This document shows positions 7,609 to 17,599 of a DNA stretch of 64,000 nucleotides, piece by piece. Within the stretch, counting starts at the first letter, position 1; each line of letters opens with the position of its first letter. A program made the position numbers and the translations under genes. The DNA is from Elusimicrobiota bacterium (GTDB lineage: Bacteria > CG03 > SLGR01 > JBDRKX01), in the NCBI GenBank assembly GCA_043813605.1, contig JBDRKX010000064.1, positions 129 to 64,128 on the forward strand, given 5' to 3'. The notes under the pieces are model-generated. The model did no database searches, was not told the origin of the DNA, and was given only the letters and a program-made list of their open reading frames with translations.

Positions 7609-9332
7609 CTGCGCTCCTTCACTATTGCGATTTTTCTTGTTATTTGCCAGCTGTCCCCTTCTACCACTATGTAGTATATCCCTGAAGCGACACCATCATA
7701 ATCGACATTGGTACCATCCCATTCATCAGCTGAATTAATACCTTCAGTCCTGGTCTCGTTTTCGACAATCGTCCTAACGAGGTTACCCGCTAGATCAAAA
7801 ACCCTTATTGTAATGCTCTGGTCATGGCTCAGGTTGTACATTATCCGGCATTTCCTTTTAGCCGGGTCAGAATCATTCGGATCAAATCTGTTGTTTCCTA
7901 CAATTATTTCATCCTCTTGCTGCAGATTGATGACATCTTCACTTACTTCGGAACCTGTAAAATCCCATTGTAAAGGTGTAGCAAACATATTTATGTACTG
8001 GGATGACGGATTGAATCCATAATCAGTTTTTGTCGGTGTGACCTTGTAATACCAGCCGGTCTGAATAGTCGGCCTGCTGAATTGATAATAACCGTATGAA
8101 TCTGTTGTAACTGAGGCATAATCAGTATTATCATTTTCTGAACCTGTCAGTTCCATATCGACTCCCTGTATTCCATGCCCGTCGGCATCCGTTACATTCC
8201 CGTATATTTCAGGAGCATCGGCCTCCTGCTGGGAATAACATACCGTGCCGTTATTGTTTACACTGTGATAAGCGACATGAGCTTTACCGCTTGAATCAAG
8301 TTTTATAGAAGGACATTTTTTTTCCATTAGCCCATAAGAATTATAATTCCCCACGGTATCATCAATTGTCTCCAGCTTCCAGACAGACCCTTCCTTGTAT
8401 GCGTACTTTACAGCTTCTTCATTAGTATTATAAAATACGATATGGGGCTCATCAGGCTTCTTGACATCTATATCGACAAGAGCGTTGCCGGCGTTATAGG
8501 CAACATCCTGCGGTGTCGACCAGCCGGAGCCGTTATAATAGGTATATATTACTTTCGCTGCATTATAATTCACATACACAATATGAGGCCAGTGGTTAGT
8601 ATCATCAAGCGCAAGGGCAGTTATCTCTCCAAGTTGGGTTGAAGTATTATCAACAGGATGGCCTCCCGGATGATCATACCAGTTGCCGAATGAATCGGAA
8701 AGCGTATGATACCTGCATCTAATGGCATAGCTTGATCCTCCGTCATAACTATAATAAGAAGCAATAAGATCGGTACCATTAGTTGCCATTGATACACCCT
8801 TGCCGGTATTAGCATATATCGTGTCCACATCGTTCGTGATCCACCATCGACTATCACCATAACGTAATCCGTTGGGCACCGTAGTATTATTCTTATAAGC
8901 TAAATAATAATAACTAGTGTACCAGACAATTGAAGTCATTTGCTGACCAGCAAAACTATCTTGAACTACTCCTGTTACCCAGGAATTTCCGTTATAATAT
9001 GTATACCAGACTTCATCGGATCCTGTAATGTAACTTATATGACCATTATTACTACTGTCAAGCGCCAATGAGATATATCCGAGATCGGAACTTTCAACTA
9101 CGCCGGGACCATCCCAGTCATTAAGCCCGTCACCAACCTTTTTCATATACCGTATTTCATTCTGGTTGTCATTATAGTATGCAATATGCGGCCGGTCATC
9201 ACTGCCAATCACTATTTGGGGAAATGTCGCCTGTCCTTGATTATTTTCCAGAGGTTTAGGTAAAGACCATCCTGCCAGGACAGGTGCAGCAAGAAAACAT
9301 ACAGCAGCCAAAAATAAAGTTAACTTTTTCAT
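7605..9332 (-). CDS. Secreted repeat protein (beta-propeller-like HIAY/HIVY repeats plus a carboxypeptidase-regulatory-like domain) with a T9SS-type / FlgD-Ig-like C-terminal sorting domain
   Basis: The likely start is MKKLTLFLAAVCFLAAPVLA at 9332, which has an AAGGAG site 8 nt upstream. The ORF-track start is 9365. Repeats recur with H(I/V)(A/V)Y...Y. The C-terminal 80 aa (CRIMYNLSHDQSITIRVFDLAGNLVRTIVEN...WDGTNVDYDGVASGIYYIVVEG...ITRKIAIVK) match the Por_Secre_tail/FlgD-like pattern. Confidence 0.55.
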   Translation of the reverse strand: MKKLTLFLAAVCFLAAPVLAGWSLPKPLENNQGQATFPQIVIGSDDRPHIAYYNDNQNEIRYMKKVGDGLNDWDGPGVVESSDLGYISLALDSSNNGHISYITGSDEVWYTYYNGNSWVTGVVQDSFAGQQMTSIVWYTSYYYLAYKNNTTVPNGLRYGDSRWWITNDVDTIYANTGKGVSMATNGTDLIASYYSYDGGSSYAIRCRYHTLSDSFGNWYDHPGGHPVDNTSTQLGEITALALDDTNHWPHIVYVNYNAAKVIYTYYNGSGWSTPQDVAYNAGNALVDIDVKKPDEPHIVFYNTNEEAVKYAYKEGSVWKLETIDDTVGNYNSYGLMEKKCPSIKLDSSGKAHVAYHSVNNNGTVCYSQQEADAPEIYGNVTDADGHGIQGVDMELTGSENDNTDYASVTTDSYGYYQFSRPTIQTGWYYKVTPTKTDYGFNPSSQYINMFATPLQWDFTGSEVSEDVINLQQEDEIIVGNNRFDPNDSDPAKRKCRIMYNLSHDQSITIRVFDLAGNLVRTIVENETRTEGINSADEWDGTNVDYDGVASGIYYIVVEGDSWQITRKIAIVKERR

Positions 9333-9505
9333 ATATATTCTCCTTATAAGAACAATGTGATCCAAGTTGAAATTATATCAAATTAGAACTACTATAACAA
9401 TTATAAATTATAATAGGCATCTATACTCTTTAACGTTGAACCGTAAAATGACTACTTCAGTTTCCAATAATATTATAATTCTTTCTGAAAATCAATTCAG
9501 TGACT

Positions 9506-12500
9506 TTACTCACTCAGTGAACGGAAATATTCCTTTATCAGTTTCTTGTATTTTTCAGGATGGTTCTGCCTGAGCGCTTCGAGTATGAGCCTGCGGAATT
9601 CCTTGCCTCCATCCGCCTGGTCCGGGCCCGGTATTTTGACTTTGCCGTCATTCCTGCCTCTATTTCCAGAAGAACCCCCCGCCTGTCCGCTTTCTGAATA
9701 TATAAACCGCGTTCCGGACAATGCGGCTCCCAGGTCCTCGGGTATCGCGTTCAATTTCATCGAGAACTGTTCCAGCCCGGCTGCTGATTGTACGAGGTAA
9801 GCAAGTGCCTGTCTCTGTAACTGGATGGATTCACGCGGCTGATATCCGGCAAGTCCGGCAGCGGCGTAGCCCATATATACTGCGGCAGAATCAAGGTTCT
9901 CAATGAATTCCATGTCAAGTAATGCCGTCATATGCGTGAGAGCAACCGCGCCTTCCCTTAATTTATAAAGTTCCGACCTCAGGCTGTTTTGCCGGGAAGC
10001 CAGTTCATCGAGCCTTTTTTTATCGTTTTCGGAAAGGAGCTCTTCCTGAGACGGACTATGCCTGAGTTCTGAAAGAAAAACATTTATCTTTTTTTTCTTC
10101 CATTCACTTTTTTGTTCTGCCGCAAGTCCCTCAAGGAGTTCCTGTGTCCTGTAAAGGTAGCCTTTTTCGAATTCATCATCAACATCTCTCAGCCTGTAGC
10201 GCAAACCTGTCGTAGATTTGAAGGTCTCATACATTATTTTTAATTCATCAAACCGCGCTTTTTCATATTTATTCATCCTTGCCCCGGCAATATCGCTCAG
10301 TGTTTCGGTATCTGAGATAAGTTCTTCCTGGCTTTGTACGAAGGAAATGAGTTTCTTGTCAAGTTCGCCGGTCCGTTCGAGGAGTTTCTCTCTTCTCGAC
10401 GAATGCGATTCGCCGGCGGCATCCTGGAACGCGGCCATCATATACTGCATCGCATTTATCAGGTCGTCCAGTATGGACTTAGCCGTATCATAATCGCCTG
10501 AATCGAGCGCCTGCTGCAATTGTGCCATTTTCCCGGCCGCGCCTTTAAAATCTATATTTTTTACACTTTCAGCATTAATGAACTCATCCGGTAATTTGTG
10601 CGGGGAGTTTCTGAATTGAGATGCCATCTCATCCATCATATGAGCTATTTTTTCGATTTTTTTCTGTATGTCCCTGGGATGAACTGCAGAATCCCCGAGC
10701 ATATCAGAAAGTTCCCGTGCTTTTTCCAGAGAATCGGAGGCGGAAGTGAGGATATCGTTCATGCGCTCCCTTTTTGCCGCATCTTCCGAAAGCCTGAGCA
10801 TCCTTTCCAGTTGACGTGTAAGTTCCTTCGACAATCCGACAGATGCCGGCGCTGCATTTGCTGTTTCTGTCCTGAGTTTAGGTACAGTGTTGTTTTTCAG
10901 ATGCTCGAAGCTGTTCAATATCCCGCGGTATTCCTCAATAGTCATCTCTTCTGAATAAGGATCGGTTTCCATTATATCAAGGAGTTCCCGGACAGTTTCT
11001 TTAAGCCCGTCTATTCCGAAATCCGCTGACTTTATAAGTTCAGCCGCGTCGCGGAACCTGCCTTCTTTAAGACCTGAAGTGATATCGTAACTCTCGGATA
11101 GAACAGAAAAAATATCATCTTCAAATTTTTTAATCTTTTCGAACAGTTTCTCATGTTTTTCCCTGAAACCTGCTATCTCTATGCGCATTTCTCCGGAAAA
11201 TCCTGTGCCGGGGCCGTAAAGCGTATTTGTATCTTCGGCGCCTGCTGTATATGTAATAATACTTCCTGGCAGAGCTTCGGTTTGTTCTATGCTCCATAGA
11301 TATGAGAAACTGCGGGAATCAGTCGGTTTATCGAATTCCTCTACCGGGATCTCATCGCTTTTACCCGAGATATCCAGCTTGTAACGTATGAATATCCTCT
11401 TCAGTCCTATGGCATCAGATACTCTTCCCGCTATATATACCTTTGCCTCGGGAGAGACAGTAATATCACCCGCCGGTTCGGTCAATTCGACATGCGGCGG
11501 CTCATCATTCAGAACCCTTATTCTGTAGCTGGGAGATTCAGTGTTAACAAGCCCGTACTCATCCTCAAGCAATAACTGGTAGAAAGTCTGTTCTTCCAGC
11601 ACAAGCTGCGCCCTTGCGGTATTTGCCGACAATGTTTCCATATCAGATACAGAGGTGTCAGTGCGTATTCGACCATTTTTTATTTCTTTGTCCGATGTGA
11701 TATCGAGGATCACGGTTGTTCCCCTTACGGCTTCAAGCGGCCTTACAGTTGAAGTGGTTTTTGTTAACCCGGTATATGAAGGGTATATATATTGGACTGC
11801 TACCGAATCTGCAGACGGCGGAACCCTTAAAGTTATGTTAAACCATTTAGTCCTGGTCTTTCTTCTGTCAGCAAGTACTCTGTAGCTGGTGTTTTCCTTT
11901 ATACCGGCTATAGTATACGCATATAGGCCGTCTTTTATCATCTGCATAGGCTCAGAGTATGTATTCCCCAGCCTGTTTATCTCTATATAAGGGGTAGAAT
12001 CAGGATGTATTTGAGCTTTAACAGTAATATCCGAATCCTTTGCGGCCCATGTGTCCCCGGGTATAACGGTAAGTGTCGTGTCAGAATATTCAAGCGCACT
12101 TTTCAGCATGGTATTGTATGCATTCTTCATAGGCCCTTTATCCGTATTGATAAGTAAGATCAAACCTAAAAAACAGATCAGAAGCAGAAGAATTCGCCTG
12201 AATACGCCGGACAGCTTGAGTACATTGTCGGATAATCTTCCCATAAAAAGGATTGTTTCATCCAGAAGGCGTTCGATCATATCTGCGGTGGTACTGCCGG
12301 CATACCGGTCACGGGATCTGTATAGCGAGCTTGTATTAATAAGCCTGTCTTCAATATCAGGGAAATCCTGTTCTATATCTTTGTTTATTTTTTTGATACC
12401 GAGCGGTGATTCCCGGATAATCTTCTGTAATCCGAATATAAACCATGTGAGGCAGAACAAGAAAAAAGAATTCAGCAATAATCTTACCGTTTCTTTAGAA

Positions 12501-12682
12501 GGACTGAACACGGCAGTTGCAAGGAGCAGCAGAACAAACAGAGCAGTAAGGAGCATCATTGTTTCTAGAAAAACATTGAAGTATGTTCTTAAGAATTGTT
12601 TTATTCTCATTTTAATTAAATATATATGGAATTTTTTTATATTATTAATTATACTAACCCCGCCTTTCTTCTTATATACCAT
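9506..12682 (-). CDS. DUF4175-like giant membrane-anchored coiled-coil protein (last gene of the MoxR/DUF58 operon)
   Basis: 1058 aa. It has N-terminal TM helices, long predicted coiled-coil/charged stretches, and a C-terminal ...EFRRLILEALRQNHPEKYKKLIKEYFRSL. It sits directly after the DUF4159 and BatA_N genes, as in the conserved MoxR-DUF58-DUF4159-DUF4175 cassettes. The family assignment is from pattern memory. Confidence 0.45.
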   Translation of the reverse strand: MVYKKKGGVSIINNIKKFHIYLIKMRIKQFLRTYFNVFLETMMLLTALFVLLLLATAVFSPSKETVRLLLNSFFLFCLTWFIFGLQKIIRESPLGIKKINKDIEQDFPDIEDRLINTSSLYRSRDRYAGSTTADMIERLLDETILFMGRLSDNVLKLSGVFRRILLLLICFLGLILLINTDKGPMKNAYNTMLKSALEYSDTTLTVIPGDTWAAKDSDITVKAQIHPDSTPYIEINRLGNTYSEPMQMIKDGLYAYTIAGIKENTSYRVLADRRKTRTKWFNITLRVPPSADSVAVQYIYPSYTGLTKTTSTVRPLEAVRGTTVILDITSDKEIKNGRIRTDTSVSDMETLSANTARAQLVLEEQTFYQLLLEDEYGLVNTESPSYRIRVLNDEPPHVELTEPAGDITVSPEAKVYIAGRVSDAIGLKRIFIRYKLDISGKSDEIPVEEFDKPTDSRSFSYLWSIEQTEALPGSIITYTAGAEDTNTLYGPGTGFSGEMRIEIAGFREKHEKLFEKIKKFEDDIFSVLSESYDITSGLKEGRFRDAAELIKSADFGIDGLKETVRELLDIMETDPYSEEMTIEEYRGILNSFEHLKNNTVPKLRTETANAAPASVGLSKELTRQLERMLRLSEDAAKRERMNDILTSASDSLEKARELSDMLGDSAVHPRDIQKKIEKIAHMMDEMASQFRNSPHKLPDEFINAESVKNIDFKGAAGKMAQLQQALDSGDYDTAKSILDDLINAMQYMMAAFQDAAGESHSSRREKLLERTGELDKKLISFVQSQEELISDTETLSDIAGARMNKYEKARFDELKIMYETFKSTTGLRYRLRDVDDEFEKGYLYRTQELLEGLAAEQKSEWKKKKINVFLSELRHSPSQEELLSENDKKRLDELASRQNSLRSELYKLREGAVALTHMTALLDMEFIENLDSAAVYMGYAAAGLAGYQPRESIQLQRQALAYLVQSAAGLEQFSMKLNAIPEDLGAALSGTRFIYSESGQAGGSSGNRGRNDGKVKIPGPDQADGGKEFRRLILEALRQNHPEKYKKLIKEYFRSLSE

Positions 12683-14778
12683 TCAAGCAGGAGGATAAAA
12701 ATTATAATTAAATAGAGCAGCGGATAATCCCATGAAAAAGTCTTTAAAACCGTTTCCTTTTCCAGTTTTGCGCGGAATTCTTCCGGTATATTACCGTTTT
12801 TTATTTCTGTTCCTGTACGGTAATAACCTCCTGATATCTCTGCAATTGATTCGAGCATCTGTTTATTCAGTGATGTCTCCGAAATTTCCCTGTTCAGTTC
12901 AACACCTGAAAATACTGCTTCACCCTTTCCCAGAAAAACATCCTCTACATATGCGCTCGCAGTAACTTCATATATTCCTTCATATTTTACAGGCACCCGT
13001 GAATAGTACCAGCCTTTACTTCCGACCGGTTCTGCAATTCCAAGAGGGACCTTCTCTCCGGAAGGAAGCCGGATGTTCATTTTCACCTGGGCAATATCTA
13101 CCGGCTGCCAGTATCTGTCAAGTACCTTTATATTAATGCCCATCATATCTCCCGTCTTTGCCCTGTCTGTACCCGGAAAAACCTGGATATTCTTCAGATC
13201 ACCCGACTGCACCATGTATCTTATCAACTTGTACCAGAACCTGTTATAATAAAAAGGTGTTTTTCCTTTTTCGGCCAATCCCATACACCACATCCAAGTT
13301 GTATTTGAATTGAAAGCCATGGCCCGGCCTTTACCACTGTTACTTACAGCAAGCACAGGTATGCCGTCAGCGGTTTTTAAGAGCAGAGTGGCATCAGCTT
13401 TGAGTTTCAATCCATTGTCATAACCCTCCAGTTCCGGCATTGATTCCCATACTTCGCGTGATGTAACGGCATCATCCGCAAGGTACAGTACAGGATGATC
13501 CGCAGACTGGGCAGGATGTATTTTTATTCTTTTGTTTACCCATTCGGAATTCACTCCGGATAACTCTACAGGCAGTATTTCAGAAATAGGAGTATCATTA
13601 TAACCGCCTCGTGAAAACGAATCATCACCGCCGAGCATTATAAAGCCCCCGCCCTTAATGACAAAATCCTTTATATGTGTGAGATATGATTTCGGAAAGA
13701 ATTTTTTATATGAAAAATTTTCATATATGAGAAGATCGAATTCGTAAATTTTATCAGTGAACATCTCTCTGGCCGGAAATTGTATCAATGATAACTCATA
13801 TTCAGGCACGACAGTTATATTCTCAGGATTTCTGAGTATAAGAAATGTAACAAGGTCTATCTGCGGGTCTGATCTCACCAGCCTGCGAAAAAAAGAGTAT
13901 TCCCAGGAGGGCTGGCCGGATACGTACAGTATCCTTATCTTCTGTCTGTTTATCTTGAGCTGAAAATTCCTGCTGTTATTGGTAAGATTCATTTCACCGG
14001 CTGCCTGCTCTATAACGACAGTATAATTTTTAAGTCCTACTTCATTCGGGATGAAACTGATGGTGACGTCTGTTTTCTTCCTGCCTTCCAGAAGTACTTC
14101 TTTTCTTGCAAGTATTTCATCTGACTCTTTAAGATATACTGTTGTTCTGCCTTTAAGCAATGATTCGTTTATCAGGCTGAACTGCAAGGTCACTTCCTGC
14201 GACCTGAAACCTATTCCCGGTGTCATCAGGTCGGATATTCCAATGTCCGGCACGTTTTTTCCGCCACCCATACCTATGCATAATACGGGAGTAAGGGATA
14301 ATCCGGCTACACTTAACGGATTACGGCCGGCATTGTACCTGCCGTCAGTTATAAGTATCTTCCCGTCAAATCCTTTTTGCTCGATTACAGCAGAAATATC
14401 TGTTGAGCAAGATTGCGGTTTCAGGGCTTTCATCTTGTCAGTATCTATTTTTTTTACCGAATCTCCGAATTCATAGATATAAAGATCCGCAGTTCTGCCC
14501 AGTTCTGAGATCACCCTGCTGCAGACTTCTTCCGTCCTGTTCCATCGTTCTCCGATAGACATCGAAGCGGAAGTATCTATGAATAGTCCTACGACTGCTT
14601 TTCGTTCAGAATCCTGTCTGAAAGTAACCAGAGGCCCGGTAAGCATGAACAGTAAAAGGAGATAAAGAAACATCCTTGCTGTCCACCATCTGTCCCTCGG
14701 TTTCAGTATAACAGCTATAGCTGCCGCCGGTATGAGAAGCAGAAGATATATACTGAAAGTTTTTAAAATAATGCTCAT
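12649..14778 (-). CDS. BatA_N double-TM / vWA-like / glutamine-amidotransferase-like (class I, DJ-1/ThuA-like) domain protein
   Basis: The N-terminus MSIILKTFSIYLLLLIPAAAIAVILKPRDRWW is a double-TM aerotolerance-regulator-type N-terminus. A MIDAS-like DTSASMS follows. The C-terminal region (LIYENFSYKKF...FVIKGGGFIMLGGDDSF) is GATase1-like. Confidence 0.5.
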   Translation of the reverse strand: MSIILKTFSIYLLLLIPAAAIAVILKPRDRWWTARMFLYLLLLFMLTGPLVTFRQDSERKAVVGLFIDTSASMSIGERWNRTEEVCSRVISELGRTADLYIYEFGDSVKKIDTDKMKALKPQSCSTDISAVIEQKGFDGKILITDGRYNAGRNPLSVAGLSLTPVLCIGMGGGKNVPDIGISDLMTPGIGFRSQEVTLQFSLINESLLKGRTTVYLKESDEILARKEVLLEGRKKTDVTISFIPNEVGLKNYTVVIEQAAGEMNLTNNSRNFQLKINRQKIRILYVSGQPSWEYSFFRRLVRSDPQIDLVTFLILRNPENITVVPEYELSLIQFPAREMFTDKIYEFDLLIYENFSYKKFFPKSYLTHIKDFVIKGGGFIMLGGDDSFSRGGYNDTPISEILPVELSGVNSEWVNKRIKIHPAQSADHPVLYLADDAVTSREVWESMPELEGYDNGLKLKADATLLLKTADGIPVLAVSNSGKGRAMAFNSNTTWMWCMGLAEKGKTPFYYNRFWYKLIRYMVQSGDLKNIQVFPGTDRAKTGDMMGINIKVLDRYWQPVDIAQVKMNIRLPSGEKVPLGIAEPVGSKGWYYSRVPVKYEGIYEVTASAYVEDVFLGKGEAVFSGVELNREISETSLNKQMLESIAEISGGYYRTGTEIKNGNIPEEFRAKLEKETVLKTFSWDYPLLYLIIIFILLLEWYIRRKAGLV

Positions 14779-15509
14779 CTTCCGAGTTTCTTATCTATAT
14801 GGGGCTGATGTACCGGATCGTTCTTATATGTTCCGCACACGGAATAGATAAGCAGGTTCAGTGTAAGTTTGATCGCTTCTTTCCTCTGCCCGTATCTGCC
14901 TGATACAATACTGTTTTTCCAATTACCTAACCGGTCTCTCGGCCATATACCCAGCAGGTCGTTACGGCTTTTGATGACAGCTATCCTCGAACTGACAGTA
15001 ATGCCTTCAAGATACGGCGTGCGTATGCTTAGTCCCGAAACGTAATTGATCAGGTAAAAAGACCGGAATACGGCATGGTCATCACCTATTTTTTTATAAC
15101 TGTTTCCCGGGAACACTCTTTCAATCGTACGGTCCGCTGAGGCTTCGAATTCAGGATCTGAGCATGTATCTATAAGCATGATACCGCCGCCATTAAGATA
15201 CCTCCTCAGATTCGAGATATCGGTTTCTGTGAATTCCGGGTACCGGCCCCTGCCGGTAAACAATATAAAAGGAGAATAAAACAGGAGCTCATCCCCGGCT
15301 TTGACGACCCTCCTTTGCGGATCCACTTTTATGGAAGTAGTATTTGCCATGTAATAGTATATCTGTTCAAAAGCGTCAGGATGAGGATCCCAGTTACCCG
15401 GATATTCAAGCTGAGAGAATATGAATTGGGCCCGCTGATCATCTCCTGAAAGCAGAGATTGCCCCGTTATAAGTATGATCAGCAGAAATATCAGTCTTCT
15501 AAATAACAT
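14775..15509 (-). CDS. DUF4159 domain protein (secreted, GATase-like fold)
   Basis: It has a signal peptide. FILFTGRGRYPEFTETDISNLRRYLNGGGIMLIDTCS matches the DUF4159 core. It overlaps both neighbours by 4 and 19 nt. Confidence 0.55.
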   Translation of the reverse strand: MLFRRLIFLLIILITGQSLLSGDDQRAQFIFSQLEYPGNWDPHPDAFEQIYYYMANTTSIKVDPQRRVVKAGDELLFYSPFILFTGRGRYPEFTETDISNLRRYLNGGGIMLIDTCSDPEFEASADRTIERVFPGNSYKKIGDDHAVFRSFYLINYVSGLSIRTPYLEGITVSSRIAVIKSRNDLLGIWPRDRLGNWKNSIVSGRYGQRKEAIKLTLNLLIYSVCGTYKNDPVHQPHIDKKLGR

Positions 15510-17599
15510 TGTGCTGTATACCTGTCTTTATCGTTCTCTGGAGATATCCTGAGATACTCTTTCCAGTACTCATCCGCTTTGATACTGCCGGTCATTTCAT
15601 ATGCCAGTGCCATGTTGAATATCATATTGAGATTGCGCGGATCCTTCCTGAGGCCTTCAGCATATGCTTTTACAGCTTCGTCTGTTTTTCCCTGACGGTA
15701 CAACGCAAGCCCGAGGTCATTATATATCTGCGCATACCCTGGATTATAAGCAAGCGCCTTACTGAAACTTTCTACTGCATAGCTGTATTCCTTCATAGCA
15801 AGATATGTCAGTCCGAGATTATATAAGCGGACCTCATCCGGCTCTATATCAATGGACTTTTTATAGTAAAGGACGGCGTTTTTCCAGTCAGACCGCATAT
15901 GAAATATATTGGCTATATTGTTGTATGCTTCGGCCAAAAACGGATCTTCATCAAGCGCAAGCTGATAGAATCGGTATGCCTTGTCAAACATGCCGGCCCT
16001 GTTATATGTATTTCCTATATTATTCATGAGCCACGGTATATCGCTTCCTTTTGAAAGGGCAATATTGAACTCCATTTCGCATTTCCTTACATCTCCGAGT
16101 TCCAGGTATTTCATTCCGCGGAAAAAAGGATAATTTACAGCGATATTTCTCTGTCTGTATTCCATATTATCCTGTAATTCACACCCCCGGTAGCCGTCGA
16201 AATCGATCTTTTGCGGATAGTTTTTAAAGATCAGACCTGTCTGGTAGAGACGCATTCCGGGTAACTGCGGAGAAAATGCACAAAAGGCGGCTCTTTCTTT
16301 TACCGGCACAGGAGGGTCAAAAATACTGGCATATTCCGAATATATCGGCGTGTCCATAAGTTTACCTTCTGCCCATTTCATATAAGCAAGTCCGAATACC
16401 ATATCATCTCCTACACCACCTTTCATGACATATAGAGGTTCGCCCTTTTCAAGTGTATCCGTTATATCCCTTATATAATTATCAAGCGCAGCGGGCCTTG
16501 AGGGACCCCATGAAAAATTCACAGTTGACAAGTAGAGTGGGAGGATGAGTAGAATATATTTAAACCGGCTCTTTATAAGAAATATACCGGCTGCTCCCAT
16601 TGTACAGGCCGCATATGGCAAAAGAAAGAACCTGGCCAGGATCGACCTGCCTGATGAATTCAGATCCATATTTGTCATAATAAAAAATACCGGACCGGAA
16701 AAGATGAAAAACACAAGAAGAGATATTCCCCATACGCGGCGTTTTTTTATATACATGAACATCCCGGCGGCAGAAGCTGCGGCCCCTGCCGGTGTCATTT
16801 TCAAAGAAAGTTCACTGAAAAAATATTTCAGGATCCCCAGAGCCTTTACAGCACTGAACGGTGTCGTCCCGCCATGAAGTGAAAAAGTACCGTAGTCACG
16901 CCTTGTGATTACCCTGACAATATTCTTCAAGTTTGACGGGTCCCCCCAGTTCAGAGGGACACCGGATGCTGCTCTTATAGGCATATATAAATAAACCGAC
17001 ATGCCCGCTGCGGCCCATATCGAGAAACTGAGAAACCGGTTTAAAACATCTTCTTTTTCGGAAAACAGGTAAATTAATACTGTAGGGAAAACCAGCACAA
17101 GAGTATGCTGGTTACCCAGTCCAATGCCGGCAAGGAAGCCCGCCAATGAGTATTTTTTATTCTGAAGCGCATACAATATCATTATTATAAACAAAAGGTT
17201 AAGCATGAAAACTTCGGCAACTGTTGCCTGCTGGATAAACCATGTTCCCGAGATCATAAACAGCGAACCAAAAAATGCAGCAGTATCCCGTACAGACTTT
17301 TTCAGGATTCCCGTAAAAACAGATCTTAATAAAAGGAACGCGAAAAACACCGACAAAGATCCGTAGACCGCTTGGGCAAGATTAGCGCCATATGCCGGCC
17401 GTGACCGGGAAAAAGCCAGAAATATCTTTGTCAGGATAGAAAAAAGCGGGTACCCGGGCGGATGAGCGTTGCCTAGTATGCAGCCTGCGGCTATCAGTTC
17501 TCCGCTATCACCGACATGGAGAGCAGGGAAAACCTGCAGATACAGATAAACAAAAGAGAACATGAGTATGGTGCCGGGAAATATCTTTTCAGCTTTCAT
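15491..17599 (-). CDS. GT-C-fold (DUF2723/TMEM260/PMT-like) polytopic membrane protein with C-terminal TPR repeats
   Basis: It has about 11 TM helices. The first loop carries HVGDSGELIAAGCILGNAHPPGYPL, a DxE-type motif as in PMT/ArnT/TMEM260-like GT-C enzymes. The C-terminal 250 aa have 5-6 TPR-like repeats (AYRFYQLALDEDPFLAEAYNNIANIF...). Confidence 0.45.
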   Translation of the reverse strand: MKAEKIFPGTILMFSFVYLYLQVFPALHVGDSGELIAAGCILGNAHPPGYPLFSILTKIFLAFSRSRPAYGANLAQAVYGSLSVFFAFLLLRSVFTGILKKSVRDTAAFFGSLFMISGTWFIQQATVAEVFMLNLLFIIMILYALQNKKYSLAGFLAGIGLGNQHTLVLVFPTVLIYLFSEKEDVLNRFLSFSIWAAAGMSVYLYMPIRAASGVPLNWGDPSNLKNIVRVITRRDYGTFSLHGGTTPFSAVKALGILKYFFSELSLKMTPAGAAASAAGMFMYIKKRRVWGISLLVFFIFSGPVFFIMTNMDLNSSGRSILARFFLLPYAACTMGAAGIFLIKSRFKYILLILPLYLSTVNFSWGPSRPAALDNYIRDITDTLEKGEPLYVMKGGVGDDMVFGLAYMKWAEGKLMDTPIYSEYASIFDPPVPVKERAAFCAFSPQLPGMRLYQTGLIFKNYPQKIDFDGYRGCELQDNMEYRQRNIAVNYPFFRGMKYLELGDVRKCEMEFNIALSKGSDIPWLMNNIGNTYNRAGMFDKAYRFYQLALDEDPFLAEAYNNIANIFHMRSDWKNAVLYYKKSIDIEPDEVRLYNLGLTYLAMKEYSYAVESFSKALAYNPGYAQIYNDLGLALYRQGKTDEAVKAYAEGLRKDPRNLNMIFNMALAYEMTGSIKADEYWKEYLRISPENDKDRYTAQCYLED

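Noticed and set aside
9366-9505. 140-nt AT-rich gap after the DUF4175 gene as a possible ncRNA
   Set aside because: It shows only short direct repeats (tcagtga x2) and low-complexity AT-rich sequence consistent with a terminator/promoter spacer. There is no convincing hairpin/T-run or conserved-looking structure.
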